Shown: positions 23,801-34,194, counted from the first letter of the stretch. The stretch: DNA of 64,000 bases from an uncultured Acidobacteriota bacterium (GCA_963824165.1 CAWGOM010000002.1:744286-808285); one strand, 5' to 3'. The notes: generated by a model from the sequence alone, not told the origin. Translations and numbers: made by a program.

Positions 23801-24483
23801 GACAAGTGGCGCCAGCGCTCGCGCATGGGCATGCTCCTGCCGCACGGCTCCGAGGGCCAGGGGCCCGAGCACTCGAGCGCGCGCATCGAGCGCTACCTCC
23901 AGCTCTGCGCCGACGGCAACATGCAGGTCTGCAACGCGACGACGCCGGCGCAGTACTTCCACCTGCTCCGCCGCCAGATGCGCCAGCCGCTCGCCAAGCC
24001 GATCATCGTCTTCACGCCGAAGAGCCTGCTGCGGCTCCCGGCCGCCTCCTCGCCGATCGAGGCCCTGGCCTCGGGCGGGTTCCGCGTCTGCCTCGACGAC
24101 CCGGAGGTCGGCGACCGCGCTCTCGTCGAGCGGGTCCTCTTCTGCAGCGGCAAGGTCTACTACGACCTGCGCGCCGAGAAGGAGAAGCGCGGCGACTTCA
24201 AGACCGCGATCGTGCGCGTCGAGCAGCTCTACCCGTTCCCGCAGGAGCGGCTCGCGGCGATCGCCGCGGGCTACCCGAACGCGCGCCGCGCGGTCTGGGT
24301 CCAGGAAGAGCCGAAGAACATGGGCGCCTGGAGCTTCGTCCAGGAGCGCTCGGAAGCCTTCCTGCCGCCGGGCCGGCGCCTCGAGTACGTCGGCCGCGCC
24401 GCCGCGCCGTCGCCCGCGACCGGCAACGCCGGCGTGCACAAGAAGGAGCTCGAGCGGTTTCTCGCCGAGGCGTTCGCGGCTAG
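20847..24483 (+). CDS. kgd: Multifunctional 2-oxoglutarate dehydrogenase/decarboxylase (E2o-E1o fusion, Kgd-type; frameshifted)
   Basis: [11 protein letters not shown]; E2 domain [12 protein letters not shown]; [58 protein letters not shown]. Confidence 0.9.
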
Positions 24484-24489
24484 CCGCGG

Positions 24490-24853
24490 TCAGGTTCGCG
24501 GGTCCCGCCAGACGAGCCTCTCCTCGGATCGCATCGAGAAGAAGTCCGGGCACCGGCCGTCTCCGCCGCCGTCGACGCCTCCGTTCGGGCTCGCAGAGGA
24601 TGGCGCCGTCCGCGTCGTAGAGGACGCTTCGAATGTCGCAGCAGCGACTGATTCGGAAGTACACCGTGTCGCCCTGGTATCGATAGCTGTAGATCGCCGT
24701 GGGAGGCGTGGTGACGGGCTCCGCTTCGATCCGGGCGATCAGGCTCTGCAGCCACTGCGGGCTGCCCTGAGGCTCGGTGGGCATCGAGTCGCCGCACGCG
24801 ACGACGAGCAGCAGGGCGACGCCCGGAAGCAGGAATCGAACTCGGCGTTTCAT
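24490..24853 (-). CDS. Small Cys-containing lipoprotein, DUF6970-like (frameshifted)
   Basis: Lipobox VVAC; WL..LI, Y.Y.G..VY, CCD...LYDADG..LC.P. Confidence 0.65.
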
Positions 24854-24963
24854 CTTCTCCTCCCTGGCTCCAGGCGGATGCGACGCAAGAAAAATGCCCG
24901 TCGGTACGCGTCCTCCAGGCGCTTGACGCGGCCGATGGTTTCAGGCCCGAACCAGGCAGACAT
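24850..24963 (-). CDS. Putative 37-aa upstream ORF coupled to the lipoprotein gene
   Basis: MSAWFGPETIGRVKRLEDAYRRAFFLRRIRLEPGRRR*; its TGA overlaps the lipoprotein ATG (ATGA). Confidence 0.35.
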   Translation of the reverse strand: MSAWFGPETIGRVKRLEDAYRRAFFLRRIRLEPGRRR

Positions 24964-24997
24964 GGTCTCGACGATTCAATCCGGTGGATTCGGGTAC

Positions 24998-25030
24998 AGA
25001 AAAACCAGCCGCGGACTTCTTGCCGGGGCT
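24998..25030 (-). terminator. Possible intrinsic terminator after the NmrA-like gene
   Basis: Minus strand AGCCCCGG-caagaagt-CCGCGGCT followed by GGTTTTTCT. Confidence 0.45.
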
Positions 25031-25892
25031 CACGCCCATGCGGCGGCGGCCTCCCGCACGAAGGCGTCGAAGCTCCGCGGCGCGCGGCCGAGGATCGCCC
25101 GGGTCTCACCGAGCTGCTCCGGCGTCGCCTTGAGGCCCTTCTTCTGGAACATGGCGTACATGAGGGCGTAGTCGTAGATCGCCCACGCCGGAAGGTAGGG
25201 CTTCATCGCCTTCGCCCACGCGGCGAGGTCGTCGCCGCCGTAGGCGATCTTCCGTCCCAGCGCCTCCGAGAAATGCGCGGCGCAGTCCTCGCCGGTCAGG
25301 GCGTCCGGGCCCGCGAGCGCGTAGGTCTTGCCGATGTGGCCGGCTCTCGGTCAGGGCCCGGACGCCCGCGTCGCCGATGTCGCGCGTGTCGACCCGCGAG
25401 AGGCCGATCGATCCGATCGGCTGGGGATACACGCCGTACTGGAGGATCGCGTCCTTCCACCAGTAGTCGTTCTGGTAGAAGTTGTTGGGCCGCAGGATCG
25501 TCCAGGGCAGGCCGCTCTGCTTCAGCGCCGCCTCGATCGCGATCTTCGAGGCGAAGTGCGGCGCATCGAGCCCCTTTTCCACGTCCTGGATCGAGAGGTG
25601 CACGACGCGCCTGGCCCCGGTCCGGCGCGCCTCGGCCACGGCGGCGAGGCCTTCCATCAGGTCACTCGGCCCGTTGGCCGTCAGCAGGAAGAGGTGGTCG
25701 TAGTCGCGGAAGATCGCCTCGTACGTGTCGGGGTTCGCGAGGTCGCCGACGACGCCCACGACGCCCTTCGGGAGCGTCTTCGCGCGCTCGGCGGTGCGGG
25801 TCACGACCCGCACGGCCTCGCCCTTCGCGAGCGAGGCCCTGCACGACGAGGCTTCCCACGGTCCCGGTTCCGCCGAGCACGAGATGTCGCAT
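25030..25892 (-). CDS. NmrA-family NAD(P)-binding protein (frameshifted)
   Basis: LVLGGTGTVGS, HFASK..IE, ILRPNNFYQN, VDTRDIG. Confidence 0.85.
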
Positions 25893-25902
25893 GGTCGCTT
25901 CC

Positions 25903-26771
25903 TCAGCCCTTCTTCGGCTTCATCGCGTCGAACGCGGCCTTGAGCGCCTCCCGCGGCACGCGCCGGTAGTCCGAGAACTCTCCCGCGCCGGCGATCCACT
26001 CGCCGCCGTCCATCGTGACGACGTCGCCGGTCTGGTACGGGCAGAGGTCCGAGAGCAGGAACGTCGCGAGGTTGGCGATCTCCTCGGGCTTGCCGAAGCG
26101 CGCCGAGCGGGATGCGGCCGCGCGCCGCCTTCTCCGCGGCGGGATTGGCCATGAGGCGCGAGAAGGCGCCCTCGGTCGGGATCGGCCCGGGAGCGATGGC
26201 GTTCAGGCGGATGCCCGGCGTGGCCCCACTCGACGGCGAGCGAGCGCGTCATGGCCATCACGCCCGCCTTCGCGCAGGCGGACGGCAGGACGAACGCGGA
26301 CCCGGTCCAGGCGTAGGTCGCGAGGATCGAGACGACGGCGCCCGGCGGCCTTCCGCGCGAGCAGGTGCCGGCCGAAGGCGAGCGTGCAGTTCACGGTGCC
26401 GTAGAGCACGGTGCGCACGACGGCGTCGAAGCCGTTGGGCGTCAGCTCCTCGGAGAAGGCGAGGAAGTTGCCGGCGGCGTTGTTGACGAGACCGTCGACG
26501 CTGCCGAAGCGCTCCGCGGCGTGCGCCACGAGCGCCTCGCAGGCCGCGGGCTCGCGCACGTCGGCGGCGAAGGTCTCGACCGCGCCGCCCTCGCGCGCGG
26601 CGGCGGCGATCTCGCGCGCCGCCGCCTCGAGGCGCTCGGCGCCGACGGCCCGCGATCGTGACGCGCGCGCCGCAGGAGACGAACTGCTTCGCCATCGCGA
26701 GGCCGAGGCCGGAGCCTCCGCCGGTGACGACGATGGAGCGGCCGGCGAGGGTGCGCGACGTCGAAGGTCAT
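25903..26771 (-). CDS. SDR oxidoreductase, 2,4-dienoyl-CoA reductase-like (frameshifted)
   Basis: VTGGGSGLG, VNNAAGNF, PSACAKAG, SLAVEW, IAPGPI, DGGEW. Confidence 0.85.
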
Positions 26772-26779
26772 CGGGGGTT

Positions 26780-28744
26780 TCAGGTACCGATCAAACCACG
26801 CCGCGCTCCGTTCTGACGATGTCGAGCTGGTTCTCGGGCTTGCGGATCGCCGTGGCCCTCGTCGGTGTAGATCACGAGCTGGGTCGGCACGCCGAGCGTC
26901 TTCAGCGCGTGCCAGAACTCGTAGCCCTGGGGCGTGGGGACTTCCGAGTCGCGCTCGCCGTGGAGGACGAGCGTGGGCGTCTTCACCCTCTTGATGAACT
27001 CGATCGGCGAGGACTTCGCGTAGACCTTCGGGTCGTCGTAGACCGAGGCGCCGAAGAAGGGGAGCATCCACGTGTCGATCTTGTTCTGGCCGTAGTAGCT
27101 CTGCCAGCTCGCGATGCCGGCGCCGGCCACGCCGGCGGCGAAGCGGTCGGTCTGCGTGACGGCCCACATCGTCATGTAGCCGCCGTAGCTCCAGCCGGTG
27201 ATGCCGAGGCGCTTCGCCGTCGATCGGGGCCGCGGCGAGCGACGGCGTCGATTCCCGAGAGGATGTCCGCGAGGTCGCCGCCGCCGAAGTCCTTCACGTT
27301 GGCCTCGGCGAACGCCTCGCCGAAGCCGAAGCTGCCCCGCGGGTTGGGCAGGAAGACGAAGTAGCCCTGCGAGGGAAGCACCGACGTCCAGCGCGAGGGC
27401 CAGGAGGCCGTCGCGGCGCCGGAGGGACCTCCGTGGACGACGACGACCATCGGGTACCGCCGCGAGGGGTCGTAGCCCTCGCGGGTAGAGGAGCCAGCCC
27501 TGGACCGAGGCGCCGCGCGCTCTGCCAGTGCAGGGACTTCGCCTCGCCCCAGAACCGCTTCGCCTTCGCATTGACGGACGAGAGCTTCTTCCAGGCGCCG
27601 ATCGGCCCCGCCCAGACCTCGGGCGGGTCCTGGAACGATTCGCGGATCGCGACCGTCGCGCTCGCCGGCCGCGCGCGGCGCCGAAGTGGCCGAGCTTCTC
27701 GGCGCCCGACGAAGCGCGTCGTCGAGCCGCCCGGTCGCCGGATCGATCGCGGCGACGCCGTAGCCGCCGTCGGTGTGCCCCGCGAAGAGAAGCTCGCCCG
27801 CCGAACGCCAGACGAGGCTCGCGCGCGGACCAGCGCATGCCCGGGCGTGAGGTTGCGCGCGCCGCCGGCGCCCGCGACGCCGGCACTTCCCAGACGTCGC
27901 CGCCGTTGGAGCCCTCGTCGCTCATGATCCCGTGGATCACGGCGATCGCGCGGCCGTCGGGCGAGAAGCGGGGGCAGGCGATCTGGAGCGGCGGCTTCCA
28001 GATCGAGCGCGCCGTCCCGGACGCGGCGTCGACGAGGTAGAGCTCGGCCACCCAGTAGTTGTTGGTGCCCGAGCCCAACGCCGCCTCCGCGGCGAAGCGT
28101 CCTCCCGTCGGGGGACCAGTCGTAGTCGTAGACGATAGAGGTCCGGAGGCGAGACCGAGCGGACCTTGCCCGGTCGCGATCGTCCGCGACCGCGATGCGC
28201 TGCATCTCGGGCTTCTCCTCGACCGGGCCGGAGTCGCGGGCGTGAGCGACGAGCGCGCCGGTCTCCTGCGCCGAGCCTTCGACGAACAGGAAGGAGACCG
28301 ACTTGCCGTCCGGCGACCAGCGGAGCTCCTGGAGCTGGCCCTTCACGCGCGTGAGCTGCCGCGCGCGGCGCCGCCGGCCGCCGGCGCGATCCAGACCTGG
28401 AGCTGGCCGCGGTGTCGCGGCGTCGGAGAGGAACGCGATCGACCGGCCGTCCGGAGAGAAGACCGGCTCCTTCTCCCGGCGCGGCTTGCCGTCGGCGGCG
28501 GCCGAGAGCGGCCGCGAGGCGCCCGGTGGCGAGGTCGGCGACGCGGATCGCCCCCAGCCGCTCGAGCCCGCCGGCGTCGGCAAGCTTCTCGGACCACGCC
28601 GCCCGCCGGCCGTCGGGCGAGATCGAGGCGTCGTGGAATCCGCGGACCTTCTCGCAGGGAGGCGAAGACCGAGTCGATCGAGGGAGGCGCGCTCGCGTTC
28701 GGGGACGCGAGGAGCGCGGTCAGCAGGAGCGCGGAAGAGACCAT
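26780..28744 (-). CDS. Secreted S9 prolyl-oligopeptidase/acylaminoacyl peptidase (frameshifted)
   Basis: Propeller repeats FSPDG/WSPDG, VHGGP, NPRGS.G.G, GWSYGG, D and EGH catalytic residues. Confidence 0.88.
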
Positions 28745-28764
28745 TTCCCCCTCACCCGGAATCC

Positions 28765-28850
28765 GGGTCAGACCCCCTAACGCCGGCCTCCGGCCGGCGT
28801 TGCCTACTGCCGACGGTCTGCCTTCGGTGGTCGGCCTGGGGGTCAGACCC
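28765..28850. repeat. Structured intergenic element bounded by GGGTCAGACCC palindromes
   Basis: GGGTCAGACCCCC (28765-28777) and GGGGGTCAGACCC (28838-28850) enclose hairpins AACGCCGGCC-TCC-GGCCGGCGTT and GCCGAC...GTCGGC. Confidence 0.6.
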
Positions 28851-28862
28851 TTCTCCAGTCGA

Positions 28863-30317
28863 CTACGTCAGGTCGACCCAGATGCTCTTGACCTGCGTGT
28901 ACTCCTCGAGCGCGTAGTGCCCGCGCTCGCGGCCGAAGCCCGACTCCTTGTAGCCGCCGAAGGGCAGGCCCGGATCGTAGAGGTTGTAGGCGTTGATCCA
29001 CACCGTGCCGGCCTTCAGGGCCTTCGCGGTCCGGAGCGCCTTCTTGATGTCCTTCGACCAGACCGCGGCGGCGAGGCCGTAGATCGTGGAGTTGCCGATC
29101 GCGACGGCCTCCTCTTCGCCCTGGAAGGTGAGCGTCGCGAGCACGGGACCGAAGATCTCCTCGCGCGCGATCGTCATCGTCGGCGTGACGCCGTCGAAGA
29201 CCGTCGCCTCGAAGAAGGCTCCCTTGCCGTTGACCGACGCGCGGTTGCCGCCGGCGACGAGCTTCGCGCCGTCCTTCTTCCCGGCCTCGACGTACCGCGC
29301 GACGCTGTCGCGCTGCTTCTCGGAGACGAGGGCGCCGAGGCGCGTCTTCGGGTCCATCGGGATCGCCGGGGGTCATCTTCTTCGCCCGCTCGACGACCTT
29401 CTCGATCAGCGCGTCGTGGATCGACGTCCTCGACGAGCAGGCGCGACCCCGCCGAGCAGAGCTCGCCCTTGCCGTAGAAGATCGCGTTGATCGCGCCCCT
29501 GGCCGCGGCGTCGAGGTCCGCGTCGGCGAAGACGACGTTGGGCGACTTGCCGCCGAGCTCCATCGACACGCGCTTGACCGTGCCGGCCGCGGCGCGGAGG
29601 ATCGACTTGCCGGTTTCGGTCTCGCCGGTGAACGAGATCTTGTCGATGCCGGGATGCTCGGCCATCGCCTGACCCGACGAGCGCGCCGGGCCCGGGGACG
29701 ACCTGGAAGGCGCCGGGCGGCAGGCCCGCCTCGGCCAGCAGCTCGCGCGAACATGAGCGCCGTCAGCGGCGTGGCGGACGCCGGCTTGAGAACGACCGCG
29801 TTGCCGAGCGCGAGCGCCGGCGCGATCTTCCACATGGCCTGCAGCAGCGGGAAGTTCCAGGGCGTGATCGCGCCGACGACGCCGACGGGCTCGCGCACCG
29901 TCATCAGGAAGGCGTCGGGCCGGCCGGGATGGGTGTCGCCATAGAGCTTGTCGGCGGACTCGCCGAAGTACGCCAGGCACTCGGCGGCGGCCGGCATGTC
30001 GATCTTGGCGGCCTCGAAGATGGGCTTGCCGTTGTCCTGCGTCTCGACCTTGCCGAACTCGTCGGCGCGCGAGAGCAGCAGCTCCGCCGCGCGCGTCAGG
30101 ATCCGCCCGCGCTGCGCGCGGCTTCATCGCCGCCCACGGGCCCGGACTCGAACGCCTTGCGGGCGCCGGCGACGGCCCGGTCGAGGTCCGCCTTGCCGGC
30201 CTCGGCGACCTCGGCGATCGTCTCGCCGGTGGCCGGGTTGACCGTCGCGAAGCGCTTTCCCGACTCGGCGGGCGCGAACGTCCCGTCGATGAAGAGGTCG
30301 GTCGGAAGCGTGCTCAC
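28863..30317 (-). CDS. NAD-dependent aldehyde dehydrogenase (frameshifted)
   Basis: [33 protein letters not shown], catalytic [24 protein letters not shown]; GTG start overlaps the upstream stop. Confidence 0.9.
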
Positions 30318-31150
30318 TTCCCGGTGAACTTCGGCACGCGCTTCTCCTGGTTGGCGGCGATGCCTTCCTTCGCGTCGTCGCTCTGGAAGAGAAGCTGCTG
30401 GAGCTCGCGCTCGACCGCCAGCGCCGACTCGATCGGGAGGTCGCAGGATGCATTGACCGACCGCTTGATGCGGCCCACGGCCTTCGAGGCCTTGTTCGGC
30501 GGCACGAACTGGCGGGCATAGTCCATGACCTGCTCCCACCACTCGTCGGGGGTCGCGTCGATGACCTGGTTGACGACGCCCATCTCGAGCGCCTCCTCGA
30601 AGGAGAAGGTGTTGCCCGTGACCATGAGCTCGATCGCCTTCGCCTTGCCGACCATCTTGGTCAGCCGCGTCGTGCCGCCCGTGCCCGGAAGCACGCCCAG
30701 GGTGACCTCCGGCAGGCCGATCTTGCCGGCGTCCTTGCGGGCGATCCGGAGGTCGCACGCCATCGCGATCTCGAGCCCGCCGCCGACCGTGTGGCCGTTC
30801 AGGGCCGCGATCACGAGCTTGGGCGTGTGCTCGAGGCGCAGCAGCGTCTCGTTGGCGTGCAGGCAGAAGAAGTACTTGAAGCCGGGCGTGACCGCGTTCA
30901 GCATGCCGATGTTCGCGCCGGCCGAGAAGAACCGGTCGCCCTTGCCGCGCAGGACGATGACGTGCACGTCGTCGTCGAAGCGCGCCTTGAGGATCGCCTC
31001 GTCGAGCTGGCGGTTCATCGCGTAGGTGTAGGTGTTGGCGGGCGGGTCGTCGATCTCGATGACCGCGATGCCGTCGGCGGCGCGGTAGTTGATGACGGGG
31101 TGGTCGAGCTCCGGGCTCGTCCAGTCGCGGGTCTTGGCGGTCGTGCTCAT
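30314..31150 (-). CDS. Enoyl-CoA hydratase/isomerase, BoxC-N-domain-like
   Basis: FFSAGANIGML..FKYFFCLHANET, GHTVGGGLE, GLPEV.LGVLPGTGGT; GGAGG ribosome-binding site. Confidence 0.85.
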   Translation of the reverse strand: MSTTAKTRDWTSPELDHPVINYRAADGIAVIEIDDPPANTYTYAMNRQLDEAILKARFDDDVHVIVLRGKGDRFFSAGANIGMLNAVTPGFKYFFCLHANETLLRLEHTPKLVIAALNGHTVGGGLEIAMACDLRIARKDAGKIGLPEVTLGVLPGTGGTTRLTKMVGKAKAIELMVTGNTFSFEEALEMGVVNQVIDATPDEWWEQVMDYARQFVPPNKASKAVGRIKRSVNASCDLPIESALAVERELQQLLFQSDDAKEGIAANQEKRVPKFTGK

Positions 31151-31193
31151 GGGGTCCTCCGTAGTGCGTATTCGGGCGCGGGATGGTATCAGA

Positions 31194-31219
31194 GGCGGCC
31201 CGCGCCGGCTCGCCCCTAC
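31194..31219 (-). repeat. Degenerate GTAG-family REP-like palindrome overlapping the mgtE stop
   Basis: Minus strand GTAGGGGCGAGCCGGCGCGGGCCGCC. Confidence 0.35.
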
Positions 31220-32577
31220 AGGCCCAGAAAGGTCTTGGCGATCGAGAAATAGATGATCAGCCCCGTCGCGTCCACGAGGGTCGCGATCAGGGGCGCCGAC
31301 ATCACCGTCGGGTCGATCTTGAAGACCGTCGCGAGCATCGGGATCATGGCGCCGACCGTGTTGGCCCAGGCGCAGATCACGAGGATCGAGACGCCGACCG
31401 TCAGCGCGAGGGGCATGCGTCGAGCCCCAGAGCACGGCACGGCCGAAGCCCGACGACGCCGAGCAGGATGCCGAGCACGAGGCCGCTGCCGCCCTCGCGG
31501 CCGAGGACCCGCCAGAAGTCGCGCAGGCGGATCTCGCCCACCGCGAGACCCCGGACGATGGTCGTCACGGTCTGCGAGCCGGAGTTGCCGCCGGTGCCGA
31601 TGAGGAGCGGGATGAAGAACGAGAGCGCCACGACCTTCGCGATCTCGTCCTCGTAGTGCCGCAGGACGGTGCCCGTGAGCGTCTCGGTCACGAAGAGCAA
31701 CAGCAGCCAGTTGAACCGGAGCCGGACGTTGCGCCACGGCTTCGACGCGAAGTACCCCTGCTCGACCTCTTCCTCGGTGGCGGAGACGCCGCCCAGGTGA
31801 AGGACGTCCTGCGGTCTGCTCCTCGATCAGGATGTCGATGACGTCGTCGACGGTGACGATCCCGAGGAGCTTGCTGTCGTCGTCGACCACGGGGATCGCA
31901 TGGACGTCGTACTTCGAGACGAGCCGCGCGACCTCTTCCTGGTCGGCGTCGGCCCGCACCGTCAGCAGCCGGCGCTCCATCATGTCGGCGATCTTCCGGT
32001 CGGGCGGAGCGGGGAAGAGGCGCCGCAGCGCGACGTACCCGACGAGGCGCCCGGCGTCGTCGACCGCGTAGAGGCTCTGCACCGTTTCGACCTCGGGGTC
32101 GATCCGCTTCAAGTGCTCGAGGGTCTCCGCCACGGTCCACTCCGGCCGGATCGTGGCGAACTTGATGGTCATGAGGCGGCCGGCCGTGCGCGCCGGGTAG
32201 CGCTGGAGCCGCTCGACCTCCGCGGCGTCGCGCGGCGACATCTTCGCGATGATCGATTCGCGCTGGCGCTGGGTCAGGTGCTCGAGGAGGTCGGTCACCT
32301 CGTCGGCCGGGAGCCGGTCGAGCATCGGCCCGAGCTTGGCGGGGGAGGCCGCGTGGAGAACCAGGCGGAGGGACTCGCCCTTCAGCTCCGAGAGCACCGC
32401 GGCGCCCTGCTCGACGGGCAACGCCTCGAACAGGACCAGGCGGTCCTCGCGCGGCAGGTCGTCGAGGAGCTCGGCGAGGTCCGCCGGGTGGATGTTCGCG
32501 ACCGCGGCCGGCAGCTCCGCCGGGTTTTCCCGGATCAGCTCCTCGATGTCGGGACCGATGACCTTCGCGAGGGACAT
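31216..32577 (-). CDS. mgtE: Magnesium transporter MgtE (frameshifted)
   Basis: HPADLAE, TAGRLM, CBS pair, GTGGNSGSQ, DPTVMSAPLIATLVD. Confidence 0.93.
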   Translation of the reverse strand: MSLAKVIGPDIEELIRENPAELPAAVANIHPADLAELLDDLPREDRLVLFEALPVEQGAAVLSELKGESLRLVLHAASPAKLGPMLDRLPADEVTDLLEHLTQRQRESIIAKMSPRDAAEVERLQRYPARTAGRLMTIKFATIRPEWTVAETLEHLKRIDPEVETVQSLYAVDDAGRLVGYVALRRLFPAPPDRKIADMMERRLLTVRADADQEEVARLVSKYDVHAIPVVDDDSKLLGIVTVDDVIDILIEEQTAGRPSPGRRLRHRGRGRAGVLRVEAVAQRPAPVQLAAVALRDRDAHGHRPAALRGRDREGRGALVLHPAPHRHRRQLRLADRDDHRPGSRGGRDPPARLLAGPRPRGRQRPRARHPARRRRASAVPCSGARRMPLALTVGVSILVICAWANTVGAMIPMLATVFKIDPTVMSAPLIATLVDATGLIIYFSIAKTFLGL

Positions 32578-32621
32578 TCGGGAGGATTGTGACCGATCAG
32601 GAGGCGGAGGACGGTTACCGC

Positions 32622-33032
32622 TTACCTCTTCGTCGGATCCACCCAGTCGCACGTGCCGTCCGGATGGAACTCCTTTTTCCAGATCGGGACGGTCGTCTTG
32701 ATGCGATCGATCGCGGCCCGGCAGGCCGCAAAGGCCTCCGCGCGGTGGGGCGAGACGGCCGCGATCGCGACGGAGGCCTCGCCGACTTCGAGCCGGCCGA
32801 CGCGGTGCTGCATCGAGATCTTCACCGCGGGGAAGTCGCGCGCGAGACCCTCGGCGATCTTCGCCATCTCGGATTCGGCCATCGGGCCGTAGGCCTGGTA
32901 CTCGATCGCGGTCGTCCGGCGGCCCTGGTGCTCGTTGCGCACGACTCCGACGAAGAGGCAGAGTGCGCCGTCGCTCGCACGGGCCTCGAGGAGAAGCGCC
33001 GGCAGATCGATTGGGGAGGTGGTGATGTACAC
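32622..33032 (-). CDS. moaE: Molybdopterin synthase catalytic subunit
   Basis: F.GVVRN, Y.AY..MA, HRVG.L.VGE, SPHR.EAF, PIWKKE. Confidence 0.95.
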   Translation of the reverse strand: MYITTSPIDLPALLLEARASDGALCLFVGVVRNEHQGRRTTAIEYQAYGPMAESEMAKIAEGLARDFPAVKISMQHRVGRLEVGEASVAIAAVSPHRAEAFAACRAAIDRIKTTVPIWKKEFHPDGTCDWVDPTKR

Positions 33033-33039
33033 GCCGGCC

Positions 33040-33285
33040 CTAGCCTCCGGCGACCGGGGGCAGGAAGGCCACCTCGTCGCCCTCGCAGAGCGCGGTGCCG
33101 GCCGGGACGTACTCCCGGTTCACCGCGGCGGGCGGCATCGAGGGAAACCGGGCGAAGAGGGGGACTTCGCGGCAGAGGGCCGCCCAGAGGTCCTCGACCT
33201 TCGCGCCCTCCTCCACGCGGCGAGTCTCTTCCTCGCGCCCGACGGCGTCGCGGAAGGACGCGAAGTGGAGGAGGCGGACGTTCAC
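33040..33285 (-). CDS. moaD: Molybdopterin synthase sulfur carrier
   Basis: AVN.EY, GDEVAFLPPVAGG C-terminus. Confidence 0.95.
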   Translation of the reverse strand: MNVRLLHFASFRDAVGREEETRRVEEGAKVEDLWAALCREVPLFARFPSMPPAAVNREYVPAGTALCEGDEVAFLPPVAGG

Positions 33286-33335
33286 GCCGCAAGTCTATGG
33301 TAGGCAGGGGCTTCAGGGGGTCGGGCCGGGCCCGG

Positions 33336-33365
33336 TTGACATCTGACTGACTGGTCAGTTAGGAT
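33336..33365 (+). promoter_or_regulatory. sigma70 promoter with overlapping TetR operator palindrome
   Basis: TTGACA-N18-TAGGAT; inverted repeat CTGACTGAC-TG-GTCAGTTAG at 33343-33362; ATG 7 nt after the -10. Confidence 0.75.
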
Positions 33366-33372
33366 CCGGACC

Positions 33373-34002
33373 ATGACGCGATCCGCCGTTTCCAGCGAGC
33401 CCGAGCGGCGCCTGACGCTGCTCAAGGCCGCGTTTCGCGAGGTGGCCGAGAAGGGCTTCTCGGAGGTCACCCTCGACGACATCGCGCGGCGCGCCGGGGT
33501 CTCCAAGGGCGTGACCCTCTACTACTTCGATTCCAAGGAGGAGCTCTTCCGCGAGCTCTTCTCCTGGCTGATCGACTCGATCCACGGGCGGATGCGCGAG
33601 GCCGTCGGGAAGGAGCAGGACCCGGTCGCGAAGGTCCGCGCGCTCGTGGCGCTGATCTTCCCGTCGCCTTCGAAGAACCGCGCCTTCTTCCGGGCCTTCG
33701 TCGACTTCTGCGGCCTGGCGGCGCGGCGGGAGGCCTTCCGGGAGGTCAACGAGCGCTTCTACGCGGGCTGCCGCGAGATCGACGGCGGCATCGTCGAAGA
33801 GGGGATGCGGCGGGGCGTCTTCGTGGTGCGCGACGCGAAGGAGGCCGGATCCACGATGCGCGCGATGTTCGACGGTCTGATGATGCAGTGGCTTTCGGAA
33901 AAGGACCCGGAGGCGACCTTTGGCGCCTACCGGGAGCGCTGCGAGCGGGAGCTCCTGCACTACCTGCTCCCGCCGCGAAGCGAGAAAGGGAGGAATCGAT
34001 GA
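33373..34002 (+). CDS. TetR/AcrR family regulator
   Basis: KGFSEVTLDDIARRAGVSKGVTLYYFDSKEEL helix-turn-helix. Confidence 0.95.
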   Translation: MTRSAVSSEPERRLTLLKAAFREVAEKGFSEVTLDDIARRAGVSKGVTLYYFDSKEELFRELFSWLIDSIHGRMREAVGKEQDPVAKVRALVALIFPSPSKNRAFFRAFVDFCGLAARREAFREVNERFYAGCREIDGGIVEEGMRRGVFVVRDAKEAGSTMRAMFDGLMMQWLSEKDPEATFGAYRERCERELLHYLLPPRSEKGRNR

Positions 34003-34178
34003 GCGTGAACGAAAGGGTCGAGCGCCCCTGCGCCAACGAGGCCTGCGGCCGCGGGGCCGAGCCGGGCGAGAGATTCTGCGCCGAGTGCGGTCTGGAGCGG
34101 TCGCTCTTCTTCCGGGGGCGCCGCGAGGATCCGGCCGAGGTCCGGAGCGAGGGACGCGAAGGCGAACCCGGGCGATAG
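33999..34178 (+). CDS. 59-aa Cys-rich small protein (putative zinc ribbon)
   Basis: MSVNERVERPCANEACGRGAEPGERFCAECGLE...; ATGA overlap with the tetR stop; GGAGG upstream. Confidence 0.65.
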   Translation: MSVNERVERPCANEACGRGAEPGERFCAECGLERSLFFRGRREDPAEVRSEGREGEPGR

Positions 34179-34194
34179 AATCGCCCGCGGCGCC

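Noticed and set aside
20847-24483. E2-E1 fused 2-oxoglutarate dehydrogenase as a novelty
   Set aside because: This is the known Kgd/OdhA architecture
24940-24954. WFGPET shared between the uORF and the PAP2 protein
   Set aside because: Six residues with different codons and no further similarity; most likely chance
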